DNA of 22,363 nucleotides from a bacterium (GCA_041946805.1 JBHGBC010000096.1:1-22363), one strand, 5' to 3'; shown: positions 9,899-18,519, counted from the first letter of the stretch. The notes: a model not told the origin generated them from the sequence alone. Numbers and translations: made by a program.

Positions 9899-10027
9899 GG
9901 CGGATTCACCGCGGAGGCGCGGAAAACACGGAAAAAAATATCAAGATTCATTCGGCAAGCTCTTACATATTATTAAGAAGGCGCGATCGGTATCCAATCG
10001 GGTTGGCTTGAGAGATAAATCCCAAAT

Positions 10028-10114
10028 CCCCTCTCCCCGCGGGAGAGGGTGAGGGTGAGGGAAGTCCTTTCTTCGGCGCCCCTCACCCCGGCCCTCTCCC
10101 AAAGGGCGAGGGGG
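10028..10114. repeat. Repeat family A, inverted pair (copy 3 at 10028-10061 +, copy 4 at 10080-10114 -)
   Basis: cccctctccccgcgggagagggtgagggtgaggg ... ccctcaccccggccctctcccaaagggcgagggg; a doublet able to form a long hairpin. Confidence 0.85.
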
Positions 10115-10238
10115 AAAGAAGTCTCTTTGTCATTTCATTTTTTGAATCATGCCGCCGTTGGCTTCCCCGCGATTGGATTGGTTTCTTCCTGATGTATACA
10201 CTTGCCGGATGAACCGAAAAGGATGATGTCCCTGATCT

Positions 10239-11504
10239 TCATCGGTTGCCATTCTTGGGAATCAACAAACCCTTGCAACGGCGTGTGGGTATCAACAGGG
10301 TTTCAAAGGAATTCCGTACCTGATCGAGTGTGATCGATTCCAGCACCTCCAGGTAATGGACCGCGTGTTCGATATCGGTGGTCACGCGGCTGTAGCCATA
10401 GGTGTTGGAGATGTTGATGACCTTCTCGTTGGAAAAGTCGAAATCGGCCCGGGCGATGTTCTTGGCTTTCCGCAATTCGTCTTCAAAGATGCCCCCGCCC
10501 ACTTTTTCGATCTCGCTCTGAATCTCGGCCTCTACCCTGGCCAGTTTATCGGTATCGGTCACCGCTTCCACCAAAAAGAGGCCCGCCCGCGCCAGCGTCC
10601 AGCAGGAGGAACTGATCGAGGAAACCAGGCCGAGTTCATCGTGCAGCCGGCGGTGCAAGCGGGAGGAACGGCCTTCTCCCAGAATAATGGAGAGGAGATC
10701 GAGGGCGTATTCATCCGGTGTTCCGATTATGGAGGGCGTGGGATACCCCGCCAGCAGATAGGCCTGGTTGACGTCCCGCTGGATGGTCACTTCCCGGGGT
10801 TCTTGGATCATCTCCCAGGCTTGGGCCACTGGGGAGGCCGATGCCGAATCCGGCTCCCCGGCCAAGGCGTGGACCGCATCCGTGATTTCGTCCCGGGAAA
10901 CATCGCCCACTACACAGAGCGTCACGTTGTCCAGGCGGTAGCGGGCGTGAAGGTAATCCAGGAACGTCTCGCGGGTAATGGTTTGGAGCGATTCCTCCGT
11001 GCCCAATACGCGGCGGCTGTAAGGGCAACGGGCGAACGCCGCCTGGGTGAACTCATCGTAGATTTTCGAGAGGGGATTGTCCTCGTGGCGCTTGATCTCC
11101 TCGACGATCACCGAACGCTCACTCTCGATCTCGTTCGGGTCGAAGAGAGGACGGCGGAGCGAATCCATCAACACTTCGAGCGCCACGCGCCACCCGGCGC
11201 TGGGCAGGACCACGTAATAATGGGTGAAATCCAGCGATGTGGAGGCGTTGTTGTATCCCCCCAGGGCGGTGATGATGCGGTCCATGACGCCCACCCCAAA
11301 GCGCTCCGTGCCCTTGAAGAACATGTGCTCATAAAAATGGGAAAGGCCGTAATGCGGCTCGGGATCGTGGACCGCGCCGGTGTGGATCCAAAAGTCGACC
11401 GCCACGATGGGGGCCACGCGCACTTCCTTGTGCACCAGGGTCAGGCCGCTGGGCAGCGTTTGTTGCGTATAGGGAAGCAAGGGATTGCCGTGTTTCTGGT
11501 TCAT
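10239..11504 (-). CDS. M16 family (pitrilysin/insulinase-like) zinc metallopeptidase
   Basis: Inverted zinc motif HFYEH, MFFKGT, NASTSLDFTHY, ERSVIVEE, GEGRSSRL. Confidence 0.93.
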   Translation of the reverse strand: MNQKHGNPLLPYTQQTLPSGLTLVHKEVRVAPIVAVDFWIHTGAVHDPEPHYGLSHFYEHMFFKGTERFGVGVMDRIITALGGYNNASTSLDFTHYYVVLPSAGWRVALEVLMDSLRRPLFDPNEIESERSVIVEEIKRHEDNPLSKIYDEFTQAAFARCPYSRRVLGTEESLQTITRETFLDYLHARYRLDNVTLCVVGDVSRDEITDAVHALAGEPDSASASPVAQAWEMIQEPREVTIQRDVNQAYLLAGYPTPSIIGTPDEYALDLLSIILGEGRSSRLHRRLHDELGLVSSISSSCWTLARAGLFLVEAVTDTDKLARVEAEIQSEIEKVGGGIFEDELRKAKNIARADFDFSNEKVINISNTYGYSRVTTDIEHAVHYLEVLESITLDQVRNSFETLLIPTRRCKGLLIPKNGNR

Positions 11505-11507
11505 GAT

Positions 11508-12245
11508 TCATTCCCGGTTGTTCGCGCCGGTCCGGGCGACCAGGCAGCCGGCTTCATGCAGGGATTGGCGGGTTTCGCCGCAATCGGCCCACCAGCCCTC
11601 GAGGATATCGTAGGCCAGCGCGCCTTCTTCCAGGTAGGCGTTGTTCACATCGGTGATTTCCAATTCGCCCCGGCTGGACGGCTTGAGGCGGCTGATGATG
11701 TCGAACACGCGGTGATCGTACATATAAACGCCGATGACGGCATACGGAGTGGCCGGATTTTGCGGCTTTTCCGTGATCTGGATGATCCGTCCCGAATCAT
11801 CCAGGGTGGGGACTCCGTAGAACTCGGGATGCTCGGCCTTCGTGAGCAGAATCCGCGCGCCCCGTTCCTGCCGGCGGAATTTTTCCACATACGGGACAAT
11901 GCTCTTTTCCAAGATATTGTCACCGAGCATCACCACCACCTGGTCGTCCCCCACGAAATCCCGGGTGAGGGACAACGCCTCGGCGATCCCCCCTTCCCGC
12001 CGCTGATACGTGTACCGCAACTGCTTGAGGCCGAATTCGCCGCCATCGCCCAGCAGGGGTAAAAAATCGCCGGCGTGGTTGCCGCCGGTGATGATCATGA
12101 TGTCGTCGATGCCGGCCTGGACCAGGGCTTCCAAAGGATAAAAGATCATGGGCCGGTCATACACCGGCAGCAGGTGCTTGTTCGTCACCCGGGTCATGGG
12201 CAGCAGCCGCGTGCCCAGCCCGCCCGCCGTGATTACGCCTTTCAT
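11508..12245 (-). CDS. rfbA: Sugar-phosphate nucleotidyltransferase, short-form glucose-1-phosphate thymidylyltransferase (RmlA/SpsI-like)
   Basis: AGGLGTRLLP, NKHLLPVYDRPMI, LGDN, EKP, SSRGELEITDVN, WWADCG; directly downstream of rfbB. Confidence 0.85.
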   Translation of the reverse strand: MKGVITAGGLGTRLLPMTRVTNKHLLPVYDRPMIFYPLEALVQAGIDDIMIITGGNHAGDFLPLLGDGGEFGLKQLRYTYQRREGGIAEALSLTRDFVGDDQVVVMLGDNILEKSIVPYVEKFRRQERGARILLTKAEHPEFYGVPTLDDSGRIIQITEKPQNPATPYAVIGVYMYDHRVFDIISRLKPSSRGELEITDVNNAYLEEGALAYDILEGWWADCGETRQSLHEAGCLVARTGANNRE

Positions 12246-12341
12246 AATCGCTCCGGAGGATGAAAATTTCGTTACGAAGTTAAGAAATGGTCAGGAGGAC
12301 GATGGATTCCGCGCGCCGCCTTAATTCATCTCGCTGCGCGA

Positions 12342-12371
12342 GTGGATTTCACCGCGCTCAATCCACCCTGC
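12342..12371 (-). repeat. Degenerate GTAG-type REP (family B-like)
   Basis: Reverse complement gcagggtggattgagcgcggtgaaatccac parallels gtaggatgggttagcg...aaacccatc at 19425-19460. Confidence 0.5.
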
Positions 12372-12425
12372 CGCCTATATAAACCACCGAAATCCTCTCA
12401 AATAACCCAAAACCCCTTCTCTGCT

Positions 12426-12458
12426 CCTTCTCCCTCTGGGAGAACGCCGGGGTGAGGG
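12426..12458 (+). repeat. Repeat family A, copy 5 (variant)
   Basis: ccttctccctctgggagaacgccggggtgaggg. Confidence 0.75.
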
Positions 12459-12525
12459 AAAACCTTCCGATGGAGCATCACCTCAGTTTCAACTCCACCC
12501 CCTCAGCCGCCATTCACTCTGTCCG

Positions 12526-13590
12526 TCAGGAACGCGTAACGGCGTTCCCCTGCTCTTCTCCGTTCACCGCTTCCTTTTTCGGCAGCCGTTTGCCGTATTG
12601 GGTCTTGTAGTAGTTCTTGAAATCGGATTCCTTGATCTTTTTCCACCAATCCTTGTTCTTTTTATACCAGGCCACGGTTTTGGCAAGGCCTTCTTCCAGG
12701 CTGACGCGGGGTTCCCAGCCGAGAGCCTTGATCTTGGAGCAATCGAGGGCGTAGCGGATATCGTGGCCGGGCCGGTCCTCCACGGATGTGATGAGTTCCC
12801 GGCTTTTTTTGAGGAGATCGACGATCGTCTCGGCGATCAGCCGGTTCTGTTCCTCGGAATAACCGCCGATGTTGTAAATTTCGCCCGGAACCCCCTCGCG
12901 CAACACCAGGTCGATGGCGCGGCAATGGTCAGCGACATACAGCCATTCGCGCACTTGGCGGCCATCGCCGTAAAGGGGCAGCGGCTTGTCTTCGAGGGCG
13001 TTGGTGATGAACAGGGGGATGAACTTTTCCGGGTACTGATACGGCCCGTAGTTGTTGGCCGCGCGGGTGATCACCACGGGGAGCTTATAGGTCACGAAAT
13101 AGGCATGACACAGCAGGTCCGCCCCGCCTTTGCTGGCCGAGTACGGGGACGAGGGGGCCAGGGGGCTGGATTCCATGGCGAAGCCTTCGGGCACGGAACC
13201 GTAGACCTCATCGGTGCTGATCTGCACGTAGCGGCCGATGGAATAATGACGCGCGGCCTCCATCAAGGCGAAGGCGCCGAAGATATCGGTTTTCAAAAAG
13301 TCGTCCGGACGCAGAATCGAGCGGTCCACATGGGTTTCGGCGGCGAAGTTGACGATCGCGTCGACTTTTTTGCGGGAAAGCAGTTCCATCACCACCTGGC
13401 GGTCGGCGATATCGCCCTGATAAAACGAGTAGCGGCTGTCCCGTTCCACCGACCGGAGATTTTCCAGGTTGCCGGCGTACGTTAATTTGTCCAGGTTGAT
13501 AACCTGAAGGTCCGGATACGTTTCCAACATGTATTGAATGAAATTGGAACCGATGAAGCCGGCCCCGCCGGTGACCAGTATGCGTTTCAT
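12526..13590 (-). CDS. rfbB: dTDP-glucose 4,6-dehydratase
   Basis: TGGAGFIG, DKLTYAGN, AAETHVDRSI, STDEVYG, PYSASK, NNYGPYQYPEK, DRPGHDIRY. Confidence 0.96.
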   Translation of the reverse strand: MKRILVTGGAGFIGSNFIQYMLETYPDLQVINLDKLTYAGNLENLRSVERDSRYSFYQGDIADRQVVMELLSRKKVDAIVNFAAETHVDRSILRPDDFLKTDIFGAFALMEAARHYSIGRYVQISTDEVYGSVPEGFAMESSPLAPSSPYSASKGGADLLCHAYFVTYKLPVVITRAANNYGPYQYPEKFIPLFITNALEDKPLPLYGDGRQVREWLYVADHCRAIDLVLREGVPGEIYNIGGYSEEQNRLIAETIVDLLKKSRELITSVEDRPGHDIRYALDCSKIKALGWEPRVSLEEGLAKTVAWYKKNKDWWKKIKESDFKNYYKTQYGKRLPKKEAVNGEEQGNAVTRS

Positions 13591-13943
13591 CGGATAAGGA
13601 ATCCTCCTGCTTCGTTGAGAACGCGCCTCGCAAACGCCGCCCGGCGCCCCTATGCGTGAAATTAGCCCGAGGATCGATCCATCGGGCTATCGAACTTCTT
13701 CCTCTCCTGAATCTCCACCATTTATCGTAGCATGGAACCGGAGCCGGGAAAAGCGGAACCGGCTTGCCGCCCTTCCCCGGAGTTCTGGTTCCGGTGCATC
13801 TCCCGCGCGCCGGGTTACAAACGAGGGCATTGTATTGTTTAATAAGGATTTCAACCGCCCCGGCCGGCGGCATCGCCCTAGGGCCCGGGAATCGGGCGGT
13901 TATCCCGATTGCGAAACGCGGATTCATAGAAGGAGCCTGGGTC

Positions 13944-15539
13944 ATGTCCGAGCCTACGGGCTATCTCAATCTGGTCTTGCACGCGCACTTGCCGTTTATC
14001 CGGCACCCCGAACACGAGGGATTTCTCGAAGAGGATTGGCTCTTCGAGGCCATGAGCGAAACGTACATTCCCCTGTTGGACATGTTCGACCGCCTGGTCA
14101 ACGAGAAGGTCTTTTTCCGGATCACCATGTCCGTGACGCCCCCCCTGGCCGAAATGCTGGCCGATCCGCTCCTGCAGGACCGCTACAGCCGCCGCCTGGA
14201 GAAACACGCGGAACTGGCCGAGAAGGAAGTTCACCGCACCTCCCAGAAGTCGGCGGCCGAATTCCATGACGCCGCCCGGCTGCACCGGGATATGGTCCAG
14301 ACCGCGAACCGGGTGTTTCACGACACCTATCACCGGAACCTGGTGGAGGGATTCAAGCGCTTCCAGGACGCGGGCGTGCTCGAGATCATCACCTGCGGGG
14401 CCACCCACGGCTTCTTGCCCCTGATGGCCACCGACAAGAGCCGGCGCGCCCAGATCCTCGTGGCCAAGAAGAATTACGAAAAATTCTTCGGACGGCCTCC
14501 GCGCGGCATCTGGCTGCCCGAGTGCGCCTACGACTATGGCATCGATGATTTCCTGGAAGAGGCCGGCATCCATTACTTCTTCGTGGACTCGCACGGGATC
14601 CTCTTCGGCAAGCCAAGGCCCAAATACGGCGTCTTCGCGCCGGTGCTGTGCCCTTCCAATGTCGCCGCCTTCGCCCGGGACATGGAATCGTCCAAGCAAG
14701 TCTGGAGCCGCGACGCGGGCTATCCGGGCGACTTCGAGTACCGTGAATTCTACCGCGACCTCGGCTATGACATGCCCTACGAGTACATCCGTCCCTACCT
14801 GCACCGGGACGGAGTCCGCCGCAACATCGGCTTCAAGTATCACCGCATCACCGGGGACGTCGATCTGTCTCAGAAGCAGCCCTACCGCCCCCGCTGGGCC
14901 CGGGACCGCGCCGCGGAGCATGCCGGCAACTTCCTGTTCAACCGCCAGGAACAATCGAAATTCCTGCGTCCGTTTCTGGACCGCCCGCCGGTCATCGTTT
15001 CCCCGTACGACGCGGAACTGTTCGGCCACTGGTGGTTCGAAGGCCCCCTGTTCATCGAATACCTCTTTCGCAAGATGGCGTTCGATCAGACCGAAATCCG
15101 CGGCATCACCCCCAGCGAGTATCTGGAGGCCCACCCGGTCTTGCAGTCCATCCAGCCCGCGCCGTCCTCGTGGGGGGACAAGGGGTATTACGAAGTCTGG
15201 CTGAACGGCAGCAACGATTGGATCTACCGGCATCTGCACCGCTGCGAGGAGTGCATGCTGGAACTGGCGGCCGCGCGTCCCGCCGCCCAGGGTCTCGAGG
15301 AACGGGCCCTCAACCAGGCCGCGCGCGAACTGCTGCTGGCGCAGAGCAGCGACTGGGCCTTCATCATGACCACCCAGACCGCCACGCCTTACGCCCGCCG
15401 CCGCACCCGCGAGCACGCGCACCGCTTCCAGGTGCTGTACGAGCAGATCAAGGACAGACGCATCGATGAGAATTTCCTGCGGGAGTTGGAATGGCGGGAT
15501 TCCATCTTCCAGGAGATCGATTACCGGGTGTACGCGTAG
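13944..15539 (+). CDS. GH57 family 1,4-alpha-glucan branching enzyme (DUF1957 C-terminus)
   Basis: LHAHLPF, ETYIPL, ATHGFLP, WLPECAY (nucleophile), PYDAELFGHWWFEG (acid/base), LAQSSDWAFI; ATG 13944 with SD aaggag. Confidence 0.95.
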   Translation: MSEPTGYLNLVLHAHLPFIRHPEHEGFLEEDWLFEAMSETYIPLLDMFDRLVNEKVFFRITMSVTPPLAEMLADPLLQDRYSRRLEKHAELAEKEVHRTSQKSAAEFHDAARLHRDMVQTANRVFHDTYHRNLVEGFKRFQDAGVLEIITCGATHGFLPLMATDKSRRAQILVAKKNYEKFFGRPPRGIWLPECAYDYGIDDFLEEAGIHYFFVDSHGILFGKPRPKYGVFAPVLCPSNVAAFARDMESSKQVWSRDAGYPGDFEYREFYRDLGYDMPYEYIRPYLHRDGVRRNIGFKYHRITGDVDLSQKQPYRPRWARDRAAEHAGNFLFNRQEQSKFLRPFLDRPPVIVSPYDAELFGHWWFEGPLFIEYLFRKMAFDQTEIRGITPSEYLEAHPVLQSIQPAPSSWGDKGYYEVWLNGSNDWIYRHLHRCEECMLELAAARPAAQGLEERALNQAARELLLAQSSDWAFIMTTQTATPYARRRTREHAHRFQVLYEQIKDRRIDENFLRELEWRDSIFQEIDYRVYA

Positions 15540-15561
15540 GTAAGAGGCCTTCCCTGAACCA

Positions 15562-16266
15562 TCAGTAAATCTCCCATGAATCCACCCGCGCGGGCGGCGT
15601 GTATTGGATGATCAGCCGGGGCCGTCTGCCGGCGCCCGCCGATGTGTCGTTCGAGGAATGAAACCGCTTGGCGGTGGCGTTGTCCGTTTCGTTGCCGAGC
15701 AGGATCCAGCCGGAATTTTGGCGGGGATCGTCGATCCATTGCTGGACATCCGCGGCCATTTGTGTCCCGGTGATTTGGGTCCGGGATCCCGCGCTCCCGG
15801 CGGAACCCGTGCCGCTGGTCTTTTCATCGAAGTCCCCGCCGGGCGTATTCCAGGGGATCGTGGAAAAGACCGCGTGGCTCCAGGTGGCGTCCCCCTCGCC
15901 GGCCCGGACGCCGCCGCCTTCCTCGCCGGGGGCGTTGGCCGTGCCTTCGCTCCAGGCCATCAAAAGCCGATGGGCCGTGACCGGTTGCGAAGCGGAAACG
16001 GTCTTCGAGACGGTCAAGTCCAACTCGGCGTTTTCAATGGCCGATCCCGGCGGGATTGAACCGAAGTCGAAACGGATCAAGGCGCGCCGGACCTGCCCCC
16101 GCGCGGTTCGTCCCACGAACAGGCCGGTTCCCAGGCCGTCCGCGTTGTTCGCTTCTGAATAAATGGTGGTGTCCTGAACGCTGGTTTCCAGAACGATTTC
16201 CTCGCCGCTGGTTGGGCGCGGAAAAATAAGGATGCCCATCATGATTAGCCAGAATAATCTTTTCAT
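15562..16266 (-). CDS. Secreted DNRLRE-domain protein
   Basis: Signal peptide MKRLFWLIMMGILIF; QDTTIYS..LFVG..RRALIRFD..IPPGSAIENAELDL, WNTPGGDF, DVQQWIDDP..NSGWIL, RPRLIIQY; start ATG 16266 with SD ggagg. Confidence 0.8.
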   Translation of the reverse strand: MKRLFWLIMMGILIFPRPTSGEEIVLETSVQDTTIYSEANNADGLGTGLFVGRTARGQVRRALIRFDFGSIPPGSAIENAELDLTVSKTVSASQPVTAHRLLMAWSEGTANAPGEEGGGVRAGEGDATWSHAVFSTIPWNTPGGDFDEKTSGTGSAGSAGSRTQITGTQMAADVQQWIDDPRQNSGWILLGNETDNATAKRFHSSNDTSAGAGRRPRLIIQYTPPARVDSWEIY

Positions 16267-16506
16267 GACAATCCTCCAACCCATTTTTTGACACGGATGG
16301 ATTTCACAATCGAACACCCTGTGTTTAGGAAGAATATTTTTATGCAAAATTTCTCCCAGGGAATGGAGGAGATCCGGATATCCTCTCTTGGGAGATGATG
16401 ATTATATTTTATAAAATTCGTGGTCAATGAAAATTGGTGCAACGGCGCCGCGCCGCATCCCGTGGCGGAGATCCCCCGTGGCCGGGGTCGTTTCGGGGAG
16501 ACGGCG

Positions 16507-17733
16507 CTAAAACAACGAAAAGTTGCTCAGGCTGGAAGGTTCAAACTGGCCGCTGATGAGGATGATCAACGTCCCGCCGACGTCGTTCACCAAAACATAC
16601 AAACCCGCTTTGCTGTAACTGATTCCCGTGATGGCCGCGCCGCCCCGCTCGGACTTCAGTTGAGCGAACGCCGCGCCGGTATTGGCGGTTCCGGTCGTAT
16701 CGAAGGTGTACCGCTGGATGAGGCGGGGTGGATTTTCACCTTCCGACAGCACGACGAACAAGCCGCCGTTGAACAGGCTGGCCAAATTGTCGGTGAACGG
16801 TCCAGGCAGGCTGGTGTTGTCCGGCAGCCGTCCCACGATTTTCTCCGTGAATCCCGAATCCGTGAAATCGAAATAGCCCGAGGTGGGGAGCGGGGTGCGG
16901 GTGGGCGTGGGCGTGCGGGTGGGAGTCGGCGTCACCTGTGACGGGGCGCCGCGTTCGGTCACCTGGGCGAACCAGCTGATCTGGCCCTGGCCGTCCAGGC
17001 GCAGGAATGTATCCAGCACGCCGTCGGAACGCAGGATTTTGTAGCCGTCATCGGTCAAGACCATGTCCGTGACGTCCTGCGCCGGCCGGATTTGATACGG
17101 GAAGGGGATGGCTTCGCCGAACTGCAGAACCGTCCCGTCATTGTATGTCACGTAATACCCGTTTTCCACCAGTTCGAGGTCCACCGCCGCGAGGGTGGTG
17201 GAAACCGTAAAACCCCGGTCGACGGCGGTTCCGAAGAAGGCGATGGTTCCGTCCTGGTAAAGCACGTAATAACCCAGCAGGTCGGGAGTCAGTTCCAAGT
17301 CCACGGCTCCCGCCTTGGCGAGTTGCCCCCAGTTGCGGCTGCCGCCCGCCGTGATGATCGCGCCGTCCGCCTGCAGAAAGATGGGATCATTCGTGTCGCC
17401 GAACAATTCCAGGTCCACGAATTCCGTCCGGCTGCCGGAGATGGGCGACGCGATGGTTTTCGCGTCGCCAAAGGCGTACACCGCTCCGTCCGCGGCCAGC
17501 ACGTAATACCCCTTTTCGGTGGGAGTCAGTTCCAGTCCGGCCGCCCTGATCGCGCTGGGCGAACCCTGATACACTGCCCGGCCCCCCGTTTGGATGAAGC
17601 CATCCTCGTAGAGGATATACAGGCCCGCCTGGCCTTGCACCACTTCCACGTCCACGGCCTTGGGGGTGGCGGCATTCCCTTCCCAGGCCCCGATCAGACA
17701 CGCCATGGTCAGAATCCGGATGATCGTTTTCAT
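16507..17733 (-). CDS. Secreted protein with six approx. 38-aa repeats (probable beta-propeller), a Pro/Thr linker and a C-terminal beta-rich domain
   Basis: Signal peptide; repeats of the type AVDLELTPxxxGYYVLxxDGxVxxFGxA (6 recognisable); VTPTPTRTPTPTRTPLPT linker; SD gaggag. Confidence 0.75.
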   Translation of the reverse strand: MKTIIRILTMACLIGAWEGNAATPKAVDVEVVQGQAGLYILYEDGFIQTGGRAVYQGSPSAIRAAGLELTPTEKGYYVLAADGAVYAFGDAKTIASPISGSRTEFVDLELFGDTNDPIFLQADGAIITAGGSRNWGQLAKAGAVDLELTPDLLGYYVLYQDGTIAFFGTAVDRGFTVSTTLAAVDLELVENGYYVTYNDGTVLQFGEAIPFPYQIRPAQDVTDMVLTDDGYKILRSDGVLDTFLRLDGQGQISWFAQVTERGAPSQVTPTPTRTPTPTRTPLPTSGYFDFTDSGFTEKIVGRLPDNTSLPGPFTDNLASLFNGGLFVVLSEGENPPRLIQRYTFDTTGTANTGAAFAQLKSERGGAAITGISYSKAGLYVLVNDVGGTLIILISGQFEPSSLSNFSLF

Positions 17734-17763
17734 CGTCGCTCCTCGCGGGACTGAGACGGGAAT

Positions 17764-18294
17764 TCAATTGGTGATTTCAAAATAGTCATACACGAATTCC
17801 ATGCGCTCCATATAACGGGTGGAGTTGTCCACGGAAAGGGGCGGCAGGGAGAATTTCACCGGCGCCACATTGTAGAACGTCACCCGGAGCACGCGTTGAT
17901 TTTTCGAGTTCATCAGGTCCACGTCCACGGTCCGCTTGGTCACGGTGCCGTTGATCACATCGGCGCGCCAATCCCGCATGAGTTTGTGGAACACGCCATG
18001 CAGCACCAGGGGCGGATAACTCGTGGTTTTGGAAATTTCATACGTGCCGCCGGCTCCACGCGTGGCCGAGGTCGTGTTCTCGATCCCTTCCAGCATGAAC
18101 ACCTGGCCGATCTGGGCCATGCCCCGGAAAGTGATGTTGATCACCGTGGTCTGGGGCCGGTCCGCCGGATCGCTCGGAACGAAATCCGCCGGACTGATCG
18201 AGGCCGGTTCGGACATGCCGCGCACCGCCAACGCGCCGAGAATGGTGCCGGCCATGAATATCCCAATCAATGCCAACCGCTTTTTCTGCCACAT
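17764..18294 (-). CDS. Phage tail-tube-like protein (T4 gp19/Afp1-like) with N-terminal signal peptide or membrane anchor
   Basis: SYPPLVLHG..MRDW..VINGTVTKRTVDVDLMN..VLRVTFYNVAPVKFSLPPLSV..MERMEFVYDYF follows the gp19-family pattern KYxNITLKRG..LWxW..G..R..IxLxD..WxFxNAWPxKWxGPxL..ExLEL; N-terminus MWQKKR plus a hydrophobic stretch; strong SD aaggag. Confidence 0.68.
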   Translation of the reverse strand: MWQKKRLALIGIFMAGTILGALAVRGMSEPASISPADFVPSDPADRPQTTVINITFRGMAQIGQVFMLEGIENTTSATRGAGGTYEISKTTSYPPLVLHGVFHKLMRDWRADVINGTVTKRTVDVDLMNSKNQRVLRVTFYNVAPVKFSLPPLSVDNSTRYMERMEFVYDYFEITN

Positions 18295-18450
18295 GGTTCC
18301 AACTCCTTTTCATTGCGGGGCGGGACCCCTCGCGTGACTTGGCCAGGGAAAAAAGAATCGAGTGGATTGTAGTCTTCGATTCGTTCATTTGTCTACATGC
18401 GCCGCGAAAAACCGCCGGCGGATTCGGGAGGGGCGGAGTGAAAAAATCAG

Positions 18451-18478
18451 TTGAAAAACCCGGGGGCTGAGATAAAAT
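18451..18478 (+). promoter_or_regulatory. Putative sigma70 promoter for the 6S RNA
   Basis: TTGAAA (18451-56), 16-nt spacer, TAAAAT (18473-78), about 40 nt upstream of the 6S closing stem. Confidence 0.55.
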
Positions 18479-18519
18479 AAGCACCATCCCCCGGTTCCGC
18501 GGGCGGAAACACACGGTGA

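Noticed and set aside
10356..12062. 568-aa plus-strand ORF
   Set aside because: Antisense shadow of the M16 peptidase and nucleotidyltransferase genes.
13764..13943. 60-aa N-terminal extension of GH57 in the ORF track
   Set aside because: The TTG start lacks support; ATG 13944 has a strong SD and directly precedes the first conserved motif.
13878..15422. 514-aa minus-strand ORF
   Set aside because: Antisense shadow of the GH57 gene.
15562..18294. Prophage or complete contractile injection system
   Set aside because: Only one tube-like gene; no sheath, baseplate, terminase, capsid, integrase or att-like boundaries are visible in the window.
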